NCBI GenBank assembly: GCA_047495785.1 | Contig: JBLDXI010000055.1 | Span: 1,302,001 to 1,366,000 of the forward strand | Source: Lepidodermella squamata | Lineage: Eukaryota; Animalia; Gastrotricha | Reading direction: 5' to 3' | Length of the DNA: 64,000 bases | Shown here: piece after piece, positions 47,341 through 60,316 of the stretch | Numbering within the stretch: the stretch's first letter is position 1 | Layout: every line of letters begins with the position of its first letter | The notes under the pieces: model-generated | What the model saw: the letters and a program-made list of their open reading frames with translations, nothing else | Databases searched by the model: none | Told to the model about the DNA's origin: nothing | Translations under genes and position numbers: made by a program

Positions 47341-47637
47341 ATGGATTCTCGAGCCAGTGGTTTTCGAAGCCCTCAAGGACAACAGCAGCAACAACAACAA
47401 CAGCCATCTCCTGCGGTTGTAACTGTCCATCCTCAACAGCAGCAGCAGCGGAATCAACTGCGCGATTTATCACTTGCCATTGACAATATTGGATTCCGAA
47501 TTGATCAGCTCGAGCGTAAAGTCGACTCGTTGATGATTTTACAACGCGAAACTGCGGAAGGCTTACTAATGCTGGTGCAAGTGATTGAGCGTGTTCGGCT
47601 GATTCGAAGCATTTTAAATGCCCCCATGTTAGATTAA
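47341..47637 (+). CDS. Small polyQ/coiled-coil accessory protein (putative)
   Basis: 98-aa ATG ORF with heptad LSLAIDNIGFRIDQLERKVDSL; AATAAA at ~47719. Confidence 0.5.
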   Translation: MDSRASGFRSPQGQQQQQQQQPSPAVVTVHPQQQQQRNQLRDLSLAIDNIGFRIDQLERKVDSLMILQRETAEGLLMLVQVIERVRLIRSILNAPMLD

Positions 47638-48157
47638 TGCGATGATTTTCACACAATTCGCAAGGAGTGATTTGTGAGGCGCAAGGAGTGAGTGAGTGAG
47701 TGAGTGTTTTAATTGCGCAATAAAATTTCAATGCAAGGTGTGTATGTAATTTATTTATTAATCAAAAATCGATTTGATGTTTATTACGATAGACAACGCA
47801 GCCAGCGAAATTGACATTTATTTTTGGGATTTTATTTTATTTTTTTTTTCCTACTGAATCGTGGTATTTGTTTACTTTATTTTGACTTTTCGGAAGTTTC
47901 CATTTTGCGAGCATCGATCCTGACCGTGGGAAAATCGCATCAAACGACCTATAGAATTTCATTATTTCCAATCAGCGTGATTTCCAATAATCGATAAGTA
48001 CCGAAAATCGATAATCGATAATCAATCAATAATGATCGGTCCTGCCGCTGTCACGTGACCGTGGGAAAACGACCTTGACATTTATTTCAAATTTTTGGCG
48101 CCAAAACTTTACACATGACCTTGACATTTATTTTTCCATCATTTTCCATATTTATTC

Positions 48158-48231
48158 TTATGATTCATTTCTCCGACCGTGGGAAAATATTTGAATTTTT
48201 GACCGTTGCTGGAGACCCCCCCCTTACTACT
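48158..48231 (-). repeat. Right terminal inverted repeat (74-bp core; degenerate extension to ~48040)
   Basis: Reverse complement of 29502-29575; CCCACGGTCA.GTGAC.GCGGCAGG is shared at 29809-29833 and ~48040-48065. Confidence 0.95.
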
Positions 48232-48237
48232 CATGTA
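48232..48237. repeat. Right target-site duplication CATGTA
   Basis: Identical to 29496-29501. Confidence 0.95.
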
Positions 48238-48477
48238 GCCTATTTTTTCGATTTTAATTTTTTAGCCGCCTTATTATATTTTTCAGTTGCGATGAATTGT
48301 GAGTAAAAGGCCTCTGCAATAAGAAAAGCTTTCCCCGTGCACACGTGACAGTTCAGAGATGCAACCGCACACCTTATAGCAATAATATACGTTTAGAACC
48401 TGTCAATTTCTGTTGAATGTATACATGAAGAATAAAAGCAAAGCCGTTCTAAAGCGCTAGATAAACTAAGATCCTAA

Positions 48478-50784
48478 CTACGGCAAGTCTTCAATCATGT
48501 TGCCGGTGATATGTTTCAGGTTTCCATCGTAGCCTAGGCGTCGAAGAGCCGACGATAGGATTGTCGCATCTTGCCGCAACTCGCTGATCAACCGCTCAAC
48601 ACGGCGAACATTGTCGATAATCTCCAGCGACTCGGTGTATGGGTTGTATCGAACTGTGAATGGTTTCTTGATCGAATCAGCGAATCGGCGCAGATCTTCG
48701 ACCGCCTCTTGGAAGCTGTTGTTGTAGAAATAGGTCTCTTGAAATGTTGTTATCATGCACTCGGTGTTGATTGCATCGCTTGGCTCAAATTTCTTAATGA
48801 CTGACTCCTCCGATAGAACGTGTTTCAACTCGGCCACGCATGACAGAAGGCCAGCGCCGTAGACCCGAAGTGGCGCCTCTTCCTCTAGGTCTGCTTGTGA
48901 AGCATGAGGAGCCGGAGTGCCGGGTAGTTTTGGCGCAAGTTGAGGGGCCGAGCGGCAAAGACCGAACTCAATCGTGAAAAAGTAGAGAATAGCAAGCTTT
49001 TTTATGTCCTCCTCAGATGCACCAAGAGAAGCAAGTCCGATTTCTTGCGAGAACTGCGCGAATTCAGGGTCGGCGAGCATTGGAACATGGCCCAATAACT
49101 CGTGGCAACAGTCTCTGCAAAACAACACTTTTAAACTTCAAACGAAATCTGAATATATCCGGAAATTTACGGCTCTGGACTGTAGAAGGGCTCTGATGGG
49201 TGGCGAATATATTGGGTTGTATGGAAGACTCGGAAAGCAAGCCCAGCTAAGAAGTCCCGCGGCGACAGATATCCAGCGACTGGTCTTAGTTGGAAACCGC
49301 TACGAGCTGTTTTAGTTAGATTCAATGATCATAAAATCATAGTCCCAGAAAATGCGTTACATTTCAAAAATTTCGATACATCTGCGAGTTGAGGAACGTC
49401 GCTGGTTGAGTAGAGATTCTCTTGCTGTAGAAGCTGCATGTTGGCGAGAAACTCATTACAGGCGTAGTCGGGGTATAAACGCATGAGTTCGCCAAATACC
49501 TAAAAAAAACAGTCGTCCTTAAAATTCCAGAAAAATAGGTAATTACCGTTGCCCAGGTTTGCCGCTCTGATTCGCTGTACTCGACTCGTGGCAATGATTG
49601 GCCACTAAAATGAAAGGCAACACAATTACAGAATCGCAGACTTTTGCATGGAACTTACTGGCGGTAGCTGAGGGCGATTTGCCCGAACATCATGCGACGT
49701 TTCCTGTACTCGGGATCTTTGAAGCCCGGGTGATCGGCATCCAGTTCGGCGCCATACATCAACACGTGTTTAGAGGTGACGTCCAACTCATTAATACGCA
49801 TCGGAAAACCGGGGCTGACCTCAACTTCGCCATCATAAACTGAAATATCAAAAAAAAGTTTGAAGATGAGACATGCAGCTAGTTATTCGACTTACTTCTC
49901 AAGGACATTTGAGACTGTTTCTTCAGTTTGCTGCGTCGATACCGCACCCCGCCGACCTGTTGCTCGATTTGCATAAGAAGCTCGTTCAGCTTCTTACCAT
50001 CTTCCTGTAGGTTGACAAAAACATCGTAACGGCTCATTTGCCGCTTCAGAGGTGCTTTCTCCTCGGCGTGGTGAATGTTGATTTTCGGATTGTCCTGCTG
50101 TTGTTGTTGCATCATATCCTGATCTTCACCTGAATTCTCGCCGTAGGTTGGCTTTTTGTTTGTAGCAGGTTCAGGAAATGCTGGCTTCTTGTCTGAATCT
50201 CCAAAAGGCACCGGTGTTTTCTCGGCATCGATCGGCATAGGAGTACGAGCTTCCTCTGGAGTTTCGATTTTTCTCGAGTCGCATTCTGGCGTCCTTGAAC
50301 CAGAGGGGCTTTCGCTTATGGAACTTTTGCGGCTGTTCATCCCTTCGAACATGCTCTCCTTACGAATTTTAACCACGCCAACTTTGTGATCTTTCAGGTA
50401 GTTTAGTAGCTTGACAAGCATCGAATCAGTGGCTGTTTCCACGGATAGCACGCTGACGACACCCGAGTCAGTCTGCTTGTCGTCCATGTCTTGCATCTCC
50501 TGCTCGAGACTATGCATACGCTGGCCACGCCCGCGTGACGCCATAACAGCTGCATGCAGATCGTTGACATCGAGCGGTGGAGCGCCGTTAGACATCGGTG
50601 AAACGTCGCCGCCTGTGTGGTCGCCCATGCTCATGCTCATGCTCTTCGACTGAGGAGGACGTGGCGGTTTGGTTTTACCTGGAGCCGCGAGAGATGGCGA
50701 TTTCACCGGTGGGCGGTTGTATAGCGTGACTGCATTTTTCTTGTCATGCATGTACTGCGACAGGGCAAGACTTGCGTACATCAT
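48478..50784 (-). CDS. TPH: Tryptophan hydroxylase (biopterin-dependent aromatic amino acid hydroxylase), multi-exon
   Basis: [93 protein letters not shown] and YFFT favour TPH over PAH/TH. Confidence 0.88.
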
Positions 50785-51447
50785 CTTTCAGCCGGCTTTT
50801 CTGTTAAATAAGTGAAATTTCTATCATATAAACGAATTCGAAGTAAAATCGAAGGTGGAAACTGAGATTTTGCGATATGCACTTTCTCTTTCTTCCCACA
50901 AGCTAAAGAAGGTTTGGTCAGCATCCAATGTAACGTGCATCCTAGGATGGCTCAATTTAGCAGTAGTAGGAAGGGAATATTGGTCCCGATTTTTCAATCA
51001 GCGTTACTTTACACTGCCTGGCAGGCACGGCGCTAAAACAGCAAAAGCGACAAAACGGCAAAAAGAGATCTTTTAAACAGTAGTTTTTGCTGTTTCGTCG
51101 CATTAGCTGTTATGGCTGTCTGCCGTTGCTAGAATGCTACAAGGTCGAATGAAAGCCAAGGACAATTTTTTAAAAGAAATCAGCTCGAAGCTCGAATTAT
51201 CCTAAAAATGGCCATTTTTATAAAGCTATAGCCATTAATTGTCTCGGAATTTTATTCATGAATTTTGAATGTGTAAAATTTGACGCCTCCGACATATCCC
51301 GCGTGAATCATACAATGCAAAGGATTTTTCCTCCTTTTATTTATTCGCCACTCAAAAATCACAGCGCACTGGCTTGGAAAATCGCACTCGAAATAATGGT
51401 GTTGGTTTTTCAATTGTTATCAAGACGTATCAAATTAATTGATGTCG

Positions 51448-54400
51448 CTATCGCGTTCGCGACTCGTCCATCGGATTCTGCGCCACGCGTATGTGTATGG
51501 CGATGAATAGAGGCAGATAAGATAGGAAGTCTAGCAGATCGAGCGAGTGCGGTTCGGGACGGCCGGCGAACATTTTCGCGCATGCGCTGCGCTCGTGCTC
51601 GATCGTGACCCCGCCGGCGAGTAGCAGCACGCGGAACTGGTCCTCCGACATGCGCTTTTCATCATCGCTGCAAGTCAGCCATAGCCGTTTCGAAAAATCC
51701 ATTTTGTACTCGAGCAGCCGGAAGTCGATCTCGTTGACCATACTACGCACCCATTCGCTGTAATATATTTTTCGTTAGAATAAAAATGCACAAGATATGC
51801 GAAAAATAATTTAGCTAAAGCATTGGCTAAAAATAGATATTCCCTGTGGACTCGGCTTACTCAAGTGCTGTGATACGCATTGAAAAAGCTGCCATAATCA
51901 TAAAAACGCGTTGGTCGACGCCGCGAAGCATATCAACACCAAGTAGTTCAAAAACCTATTCAAGACAACAATAAAAAACTCAGTTCATTGCGACAAAAAA
52001 GAAATAATCACTCACTCGTTGAATGTAAAATGTCTCTTGGTCGTTCAGCTGAGGATTGACTCGAGTTAACGTGTTAAGGGTTTGCTCCATGTCCAGACGA
52101 CCTGATTTGTTGACATCATTCTAAATGGGACATACATTAGATGGGATAGCTACAAACTCAAGAAGATGACTAAACTAGAATAGCACTAAATTTTGTCTAA
52201 ATATACTAAGACTAGAAAGCTGACAACTCTGTTCAAACAACACAAATGCTTCACCATATCGTTCCAGACAACTCTTCGATGCTTTCGTTCTTCCTCAATA
52301 TCTTCCAACTTCTGTATAGTTGACGAAATTAAAATTTAATATATAAGAAATAAGTAGGGTAGCATTATTTTTGAGAAATCACAAAATCACGATATAACGT
52401 GAGATTACCGCTTGGAAAGCATATCGACAGCGTGATAAGACTGTCGGATCCTGGATGTAGTAGAACTGTTCCAGCCAGTCAGGATCAAACTGCTCAACGG
52501 GCTCGTCGTCTTCTGGGAACGGTTCGTTGTTGTTCACCAGCTTCGGTTTGCGGCCTCGGGCAGCTTTCTGCCTCTCGGCGATAGCGCGATCAAGGGCGCG
52601 TCGCTTCGTCGCCGATTTCGACGGCCGGAAAGACAACTCATCGGCCAGGGTGCTCGGTTGGCCCCAGTTGGCAGGCCGGGCTAGCTTTGTCTTCGCGGGT
52701 TCTTCCGGCGGAAGCTCAGGTGTTGCTGGCGTCGCTTCTTTGAACAAGAAATCGAAGTCGTCTGAAAGAAAAAAAAATCTATTTTAGTCACAATAATTGT
52801 CTAGGGTTGCAGCTTAAACCATCGTCCTGTTGAGATGGCCGAATCCGTTGCTTTGGAGCTTCATCATCGTCAGCTTCGGTTAGCAAAACTACGCGGCTCC
52901 TCGAAATTTTCGACATTGGTATCGGGGTGATTGGTGTGCGAGGTGTTGGCGGCGTCTCAGGTTCAGGAGGCGGAGGTCTGAAATTAAGATAGTATAAGAC
53001 CAAAGTATAATTTTATACTTTAAAAAGGGGCTTGGTATAGCCTTCAAATTAATCAAAGCTTACGGAGGATCTGGAGTCGGTTCAGGAGGCGGTGGGGTTG
53101 GTGCTTGCTTCTTCTTTTTCTTTCCACCTTTGATGCCTTTTTTGGGTTTTGGCAATTTGAAAGAAACCTTCCCCTTTTTCGGCGGAAGTGCCACGGGTTG
53201 ACGCTCCGGCTCGGGCTCCGGTGGTGGTGGTGTAAATTCTGGTGTCAAATCCTTTGGCGCGAAAATTGGCGAAAATTCGTCGGGAACTTGGAAAATTACC
53301 GGGTAATATTTGAATGACAGAAAATAGCATACTATACCTTGTTGAGTCGAAGCAGTGTTCGGCACAAAGTTGTAATCAGTATCATAGTTGGTGTCGTACA
53401 TTTTGTCTTGGAAATCAAGCTCAGGCCTGTTGTTGACGTCGTCATCGTCATCGTTCGCCCGCGCTATGTCCATCAACTCGTCCTCAGGTTCGTCATTCCA
53501 ATAGGCCAGCTCGTCATCTAGATCGGCGTCAACGTCTTTACCAGGCATGTTGGCGGTATTTTGGTGGCGTTTCAGTTTCTGCTCAGAACGCAACAACCGT
53601 TTCGCTGTTTCGGCGGCTTGACGACGCAACTTTTCGGCCAGAGCCAGAGCGGCGAGATAATCGCGAAGTTTCCTGGCTTCCTCCAATCTAGCTTTACGAA
53701 TTTCTTCCTTTGACAACTTCCCTTCTCTAATCAGTTTTAGCCGCTCCTATTGAGAGGAATCACAACAGTGATTGTAGCAAGATTCATTACAATATCAACA
53801 AACCCTCATCTTTTTCAGGAAAGCGCGATAATGTTCCCAACGCTCCTCAAAAGTCATACAGGGGCATACACCGCTGAAAAAAAATTGGTTAATATCTTGC
53901 AAATTTTCAATTTACAGATTGCCGCTTACTCCTCCATTTCATGATGCGTACAATGACCCTTGCATTTACAGTTGTGAAACCGGTCAGGGTTTGGTTTCCA
54001 TTCCAACAACCGCTTGCCGTGAACAAACGACCAAAACACGTGGTGCTGATTGTTGTCTCCGCGCTCCCTAACCGTTATCCATTTGTTCATACCATTGCTC
54101 CAGATTAATCGAGACTTGGCCTTTTGATCGGCGCGCCACTGGCGCTCCCTTAGCCGGTACTGGCTGCTGTTGGCGCGATGGTAGTAGAGCGCACCCGATT
54201 CGTCGACCATCTCATCGCCAGTAAACCACTTGGCATCGGCATTGTTGCTGCCCATTAGATCGAGGTAACGAATCATCTGCTCAAAACCGTCGACGTCGAT
54301 GTCCTTGTCCCATTGAGACAGCGGGGCCTTGACCCGGTATCCAATCGTTCTGTCAGCAGCTTTGCGCTAGACAAAAAGAAAGCAAAAATTGGCCATTTAT

Positions 54401-55094
54401 AAATAAATCCGACAGAAATCAGCCTCTGCAAATTATTCAAGTCCTAAATCCTGAATAACTTTATATAATATAAATGTTTGCTTTATATTAAGGTTGTCAT
54501 GTAGAAAGGCCAGTAGAGATTTGGTGATTTCCATCTAATACTTCTCCGATTTACCTTTTTCGAAACCCATTTACTGTTTCGACTTTTATGTGATTAAAAA
54601 TAAAAATGCGTTACCTCTCTTGCCCTTATCGATTGCTGTTGTCTGACTATTTGCTCGGCAACCAATCGCTCCTTTTGTCTATCTTGAAGCTCTTTTATCG
54701 CGTAGAGCAACCTCTCGCGATTCTCCGCCATGTGCCGTTCGACGAAAGCGAGATCGGACGCGGCCGTTGTAGTTCTACCTGGTGTTCCTCTGCTGTTTGG
54801 CGAATACACGATCGGCGGAAATTTCTGTGGAGCTGGCGGAGCTGGGTCATCGACCGGAGGAGCCGCTGCTGTGCGCTGATTTGTCGCGCTTTTCGCCAAG
54901 TTCGGATCCTCGGAGGCGTAAAGGCGCCTCTCACCAGGGCGATTACCATATCGCAACATTCGAGGGGTAACCCTCATAGAAACGCGATAAGGGCATGGAA
55001 GACGAACGCGGCGTAAGACAAACTCTTGGTTTTGAAGAGCCACCTTTACCGCATCCTCGCCTTTTGGAGCAATGATACAGGCCGACCAAACCAT
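51448..55094 (-). CDS. Multi-exon Pro-rich/EF-hand-containing protein (exon model tentative; could be two genes)
   Basis: Chain of minus-strand exons with GT-AG boundaries; DVNKSGRLDMEQ EF-hand-like loop near 52090-52120; C-terminal LDLLDFLSYLPLFIAIH..NPMD. Confidence 0.55.
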
Positions 55095-55605
55095 GCTGCA
55101 CTTACTGCAATAACATCAAACTGGTCCGGGTATAGATGGTTTTTTGCGTGGCACACGGTCAAAAGCTAGTTTGTTTTTTTCCTGGCCCAAGTCACGGAGG
55201 ATAAACTATACTCATCTATTTTATCTATTCCGTGCGCGTGGCGGTTGTACTTTTCATTGCCCAGCTCTGTTGCTAAGCAGCCATGAATGTCCGCACCATT
55301 TTTAAATCAATAGGCACAAATGAAACACCAAAGTTAAGCTCCATTCATGAATAACTAATTTTTCCAAGTCTTGAAAATTTAGTTTTAATCATGCGAAATT
55401 CAGCAATTATCTTCATCAATAGTGATAAAATTTTAATAATTTCAATAACCAGAGTAGGTCATCAACAAAGATTATAAAGCGAGATCGTGTTTTGCAAACC
55501 GAAATCATTATCAAACCGGAAATTTTACATATTCATTGAGGAAAGTCATGAAAAGCGAGAAGTAGAAGCAATATTTGATAAGAAGCTATGCTGAATTCAT
55601 ATTTG

Positions 55606-57718
55606 TCACTTCTTCACGGCCCAAGTTCCATTGCCGTGATTAATATTGCCATTAGCACCATTTTGTTTTCCTGCTGCGGACGGCATGCCACTTCCTATCC
55701 GAGGATTCACGCTTGAATCTACTAGTTGCGAAGTGCGCCGTCCAGGATGACCGCTTTCAAGGCGTTTTCTAACTTTCGGTGGCGAATCGTTAATGGTTTT
55801 ATTGGTTGGAACTTTACCCGAAGCTGCAGTCATCCAAGTTGAATCATTCACCGGTTTTTCATACACAGGTTCAACGCCGGATGCTATCGAAAGCGAAGTT
55901 TTCTCTCGGCGCACCCCAGTCACGCGCGACGGAGATGGCACATCTCTGTCTTCCGTAGAAGGCGATGATTGATATAGTGCCCTTGTCTTCTGAGAATCGT
56001 AAATTTGCTGGAAAACAGTGGCGATCGGTACATCTGACCCCGGCAACGTCCTCACTCGTGTTTTCCGCCTACGGCTAGATGCTTTCCCAACACTCAGCCG
56101 TTGTTGTGTTGGCGCCGGTGGTAGAGCAATGTTCTGCAAGGTTGGCTCAGGCGTTGCAGAATCAGACCGCGACGGTTGAGGACTGCCTTGTCTAACGTTC
56201 GACCCATGATCTGAACCCAGGTAAATTGACAGTGTCTCTGATTCGGCATCAGCTTCGACCTCGGTGGCGAATTCATGCTTCAAGGTATGATTCACGCTAG
56301 TTTTCAGCCACTCTTCCAGTGAACGATGAACTTGCAGCTCATTTTCTGGAATATCGATAGTTGCTTCTGATTGCCGGCGTCGACGGGCTGATGACGTTAA
56401 ACTTGTTCTTGAATGCGGTCTTGAGTTGTCAAGATGAGGCCGTTGATGCTGCTGATGGTGTGACATGACAAAAACTTCAACATCACCTCCCTTGGCTTTG
56501 CTAATATCTTTTAGTTGCTGAGTCGTAGCCGCCGCCATAGCTCTTGCCATCGATAACGACCCAACTCTCGCTCTAAAACTGTATAAATATCATGAATTAG
56601 GTAATTAAAACTGTTCAATATCTATGCAAACCTATTTGTTACAGCGGACGAGACGCTTGGACGTCGCGCATCAAGCTTATTGGGCGATGGCGTAACTTTT
56701 GATTCGGGATCTTTCATAATCGATTTAAGAGGCGTTGCTTGAGTCACTTCCACAGTTACAGATCCGTCCATACGAGGGCTGGCGCCTGCATCCGAGTTTC
56801 CGGGCTTTTGCTTTGCATTTGCCAATAGAATTTCAAAAATATTTCGAGGTTGTTGTCGGTTCTTTTTGTACGTGTCAATTTTCTCAAGCCGCTCTCGGTT
56901 CAAAATAGCCCTCCGATCGAGAATATATACTACGCTAACCATATTAATGAAAGACCCAAGCCCAGCTAATACGGCACCGAGTCGTTCGAACAACGATTCC
57001 AGCATCGTTAAATGAAAGTGCTCTTCATCGTACTAAATTATTAAAAAATTAGGTAAAGATAAATATTTTGGAGTCATCGACTTACATCGCTCATCGCTGA
57101 TGTGTTTGCTGCTAGAATAGTCACAGCACTATATACCATCATCGCCATTCCAGCTAGTGCGAGAATAGTTCCTGTCACTAGGACTGCTACGTTCCTGTTT
57201 GAAATAAATCTGTAAATTAGCACTGTTTCGACAAAATATGATGCAACGAACATTTTAACGACCCGAAGAACGCTTTTCATATAATCTTTGTGGTAGTTAT
57301 CCATGACTTCTTTCAGGCCGAGAGGTAGAACAGCGGCTGCTACCGGTTCTTGACGCGGCGTGGCAGGGGGCGAGACGCCATGCCGAGAAGTCGGACTTGT
57401 TGTCCGGCTGTTCGATGGCGAGGGAGAAGGCGCCCGAGTAGGCACTTGGAGCAAAGAATTCGAAGGCGGGGCTAGCAGTTGCGGCACAGTGCCGTTTCGA
57501 TTTTCTGTCGTCACCACGCCACCGGCTAGGGGCGATTTTTTGAGCGGGCCATTATTATTATTGCTACGATCGTCAACGAAGACGTCATCGCCTTCTGATG
57601 TGAATGAGACAGCTAAAGACGGCTGCTTTTCCAGCTTCTGCTTCGCGGCTGGACTCGCTGCAAGCTGTGAGTTGTATTTTTTGCCAAGTCCATTCTCTAC
57701 GTTAGCATCATTTCTCAT
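55606..57718 (-). CDS. Membrane protein with 2-3 TM helices and long disordered N- and C-termini, 3 exons
   Basis: Hydrophobic VAVLVTGTILALAGMAMMVYSAVTIL and LGAVLAGLGSFINMVSVVYIL; introns near 57034-57081 and 56573-56632. Confidence 0.65.
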
Positions 57719-58359
57719 ATTTCAAAACAAACTAGAGGAAGTATATCGAAGCAGAGAGTGCATTGCGAAATTTGATTCTGAAAAGCATAATAATTGAGGT
57801 TTGACCCGCCCTTTTCAGACAAATCTTCTACAGTAGCAAGTCATCAACTAGCGACGGTGAGGCTGCTTCTGGTTGCTCAGTGGTTCGTAGTATATCCGTA
57901 TGTTATTGATGCGCAAGAGGCATAATAATAATAGTTTGTCAGGTTAATGCAAATACACGGTGATAAATGCGCACCTTGACGACTGGCTTCGATTTTTACC
58001 GCTATGGTGGCGGCCAGTCGATCGCATGAAATAATAATTAGCCTCCACTGCAGCATAGTATCACCTAGTGCCAGAGTAAACGGTCCTCCTTTCCTATTGG
58101 CAGCACAACAGGCGTGGTAGCCCACGGTAGTTATACCACCAGCCTTGAGTCCGCAACTCAGGTACTGCTCTATAATTGAAAACCGATAATCGTTTTACTA
58201 AGCAGCGTCATTACGTATTCCAGCAGTTTCATGTGTAAAGCGGCAAAAAACGCAATCACACCGTCATTAAAACCCCAGAAAGCACACTCGTGTCCGCGGA
58301 TATCTATTCATTTTATTCGCGCGATTGTGTATACAAATTCTCTAAATTTCAAGGGTCAC

Positions 58360-58868
58360 TTATAGTTTTTTATTGAGCTGGATATGGCGCAACTTCTCAT
58401 GAACTTCGTTTGTAACTTCGCCCCACAGGCAAGGCCCACTTTCGCACGGCCTTGCCAGCTCTTGCCGCTTGTGGAAAAAGTTGCATCGGATTACATCGAC
58501 ATCGCGTTTTAACGCATCGTTCATCTCAGCTACTGATTTCGGTGGCATGAATCCTTGCATCAAGAAATAACTGTGAAAAAACATGGGATTTTGTATTCAG
58601 TTCCGAGAATCTATATTGTCAACTCACCAACCGGACGAGTGCTTCTCGCCGTGAGCCTTCATTTTAAAAGGGAGAGAGCGCGTTCCCAAATATTCGAACT
58701 GCTTCAGAAGCCCGCCATGATCCATCAATACATTCGCAATCCGCTTCAATACCGGAACTAGAACGGTCTGGATGAAGATAAAGAGAATTTATAGAAAATA
58801 GTAGTTGTCAAGTAATAACATACCCTCTCATAAGGCCGAACAATGAGAGAAAGTTCGTAGAAACTCAT
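58360..58868 (-). CDS. MRPS6: Mitochondrial ribosomal protein S6, 3 exons
   Basis: MSFYELSLIVR..LKRIANVLMDHGGLL..EYLGTRSLPF..HGEKHSSG.YFL..LKRDVDVIR. Confidence 0.88.
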
Positions 58869-59297
58869 TATTAATAAACTAAATAATGTTAGAAAAACCA
58901 ATCGTAAAACGAAATTTGTACCGCATGAATCTGAAGAAATATTGTAAAAATAATCTTGTTGCCTCGGGTTAATGTAAGAGGCCTGCGTGCCCTTCTAGTC
59001 CTGTAAACGAAGTTTGCAAATAAATTGATAGATTGATTAATTGATTCTGGTGTCAGAAAGGGTTTTAGCGCTTTTCGATTAAGAATTTAAGCCCGCAGAG
59101 TCCCTTCGAAGGTTCGAAAAGCGTTACCAGCGAATGAGCGTATTTCGAATTTGCGCATGACCTTGACAATCTGTTGCGAAGATCTGATATTGATATGGGG
59201 GAGATTAAAGATGATTCTTCTTGTTTGCGTTCAGGCGCGCCAGGGTTGCACGTCACCTCAATTTAATTTGGCAATAACACGCTTTGAGCCTTCCACG

Positions 59298-60190
59298 ATG
59301 AATAATTTGCTCGACCTTTCTCGTCGTGATGATGCTGCCGAGGAATTACAGGCCCGAATGATGAATTAACTTCGAATGAACTTTGTCGTGGAAAAGCCCG
59401 AAGCCGACATTCGCAAAATCATGGCGGAGGAAATGGCCGAACAGAAGAAAGCTAAGGTCTCGGCATTGCGCGAAGAGTTGAAGCGTCATGTCTCTTTTGA
59501 ACAAAAGAAGTCGAATCCTTCAATAAAATCATGAGTTTCAATGCTAATGACGCCAACAGAGATTAGTGAGACCATCAACGAGGATCGAGGTCCTCAGAAC
59601 GTTATCATCTTTGGTGCATCTGAAAGTGCCGCGCAAGGTGTCAACGCCATGGAACACGAAAAGGCCTTCATCTCTAAAGTTGTAAAAACACTCAGGGTGA
59701 AGCTCTCTGCTATTGAAGTTGCCCGATTCGGTACTAAACCTACGTTCTACATTCCCTGCTGTTCTAGCATCGGCTCATCGTGAACACGATGACTCTATTA
59801 ATCGCGGGAAGAATGTGATCGTTAGCGGTCTGCCTACCTCGGCTGATGGCAAAACTAAATTGCTTAGCATTCGACATGCCTCGGTTCTACAGAAGCGGTC
59901 TTCTAGCTGCCGCCCGTCAGGCTGGCGACGATTGGAAGGGTTTGTACATCAAGCCTGGTCTGACTGCCAATAATGTGAAAACGACAATAAACAAATCGAA
60001 GAACAAATCGTGTAATTATCCTTCAATTATCCTGACGCTGAATAATAGCCCGTGTGAAGTCGAGAATTTGGATGCGAATGAATACAAACGCCCAACGGAA
60101 GAGAAAGAGCTCAACCGAATGAAGTTTGAAGTCGAAAACCTTATGGTGAGAAAACCTTGTCCAAGCTTAACTCTATGGATAAACTACTGA
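59298..60190 (+). mobile_element. Decayed non-LTR (CR1/L2-type) ORF1-like remnant
   Basis: Fragments NVIIFGASES..EVARFG, RGKNVIVSGLP and WKGLYIKPGLT in different frames with stops; no ORF2 seen. Confidence 0.5.
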
Positions 60191-60278
60191 AGAGCGAGAG
60201 GGCGACTCGCTAGTATTCAGCTCGCTAGTCGAATTTACAACTTTTTCCAGTGAAAAATAAGGAAAAAACATGCTGGCT

Positions 60279-60316
60279 CATAGAGAATAGAGTTACCTGT
60301 AACTCTATTCTCTATG
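60279..60316. mobile_element. 38-bp palindromic mini-element with an 8-bp TSD (TGCTGGCT)
   Basis: CATAGAGAATAGAGTTAC-CT-GTAACTCTATTCTCTATG flanked by TGCTGGCT at 60271-60278 and 60317-60324. Confidence 0.75.

Larger units (their letters stand above)
29502..48231 (-). mobile_element. Complete Polinton/Maverick (endogenous dsDNA virus-like element), 18,730 bp
   Basis: 6-bp TSD, AGTAGT..ACTACT termini, TIRs, and genes for pPolB, retroviral-like integrase, packaging ATPase, adenain-like protease, and major and minor capsid proteins. Confidence 0.97.

Noticed and set aside
48478-50784. Calling the hydroxylase PAH or TH
   Set aside because: GYLSPRDF and YFFT are TPH-type; PAH and TH have GLLS.RDF and YWFT.
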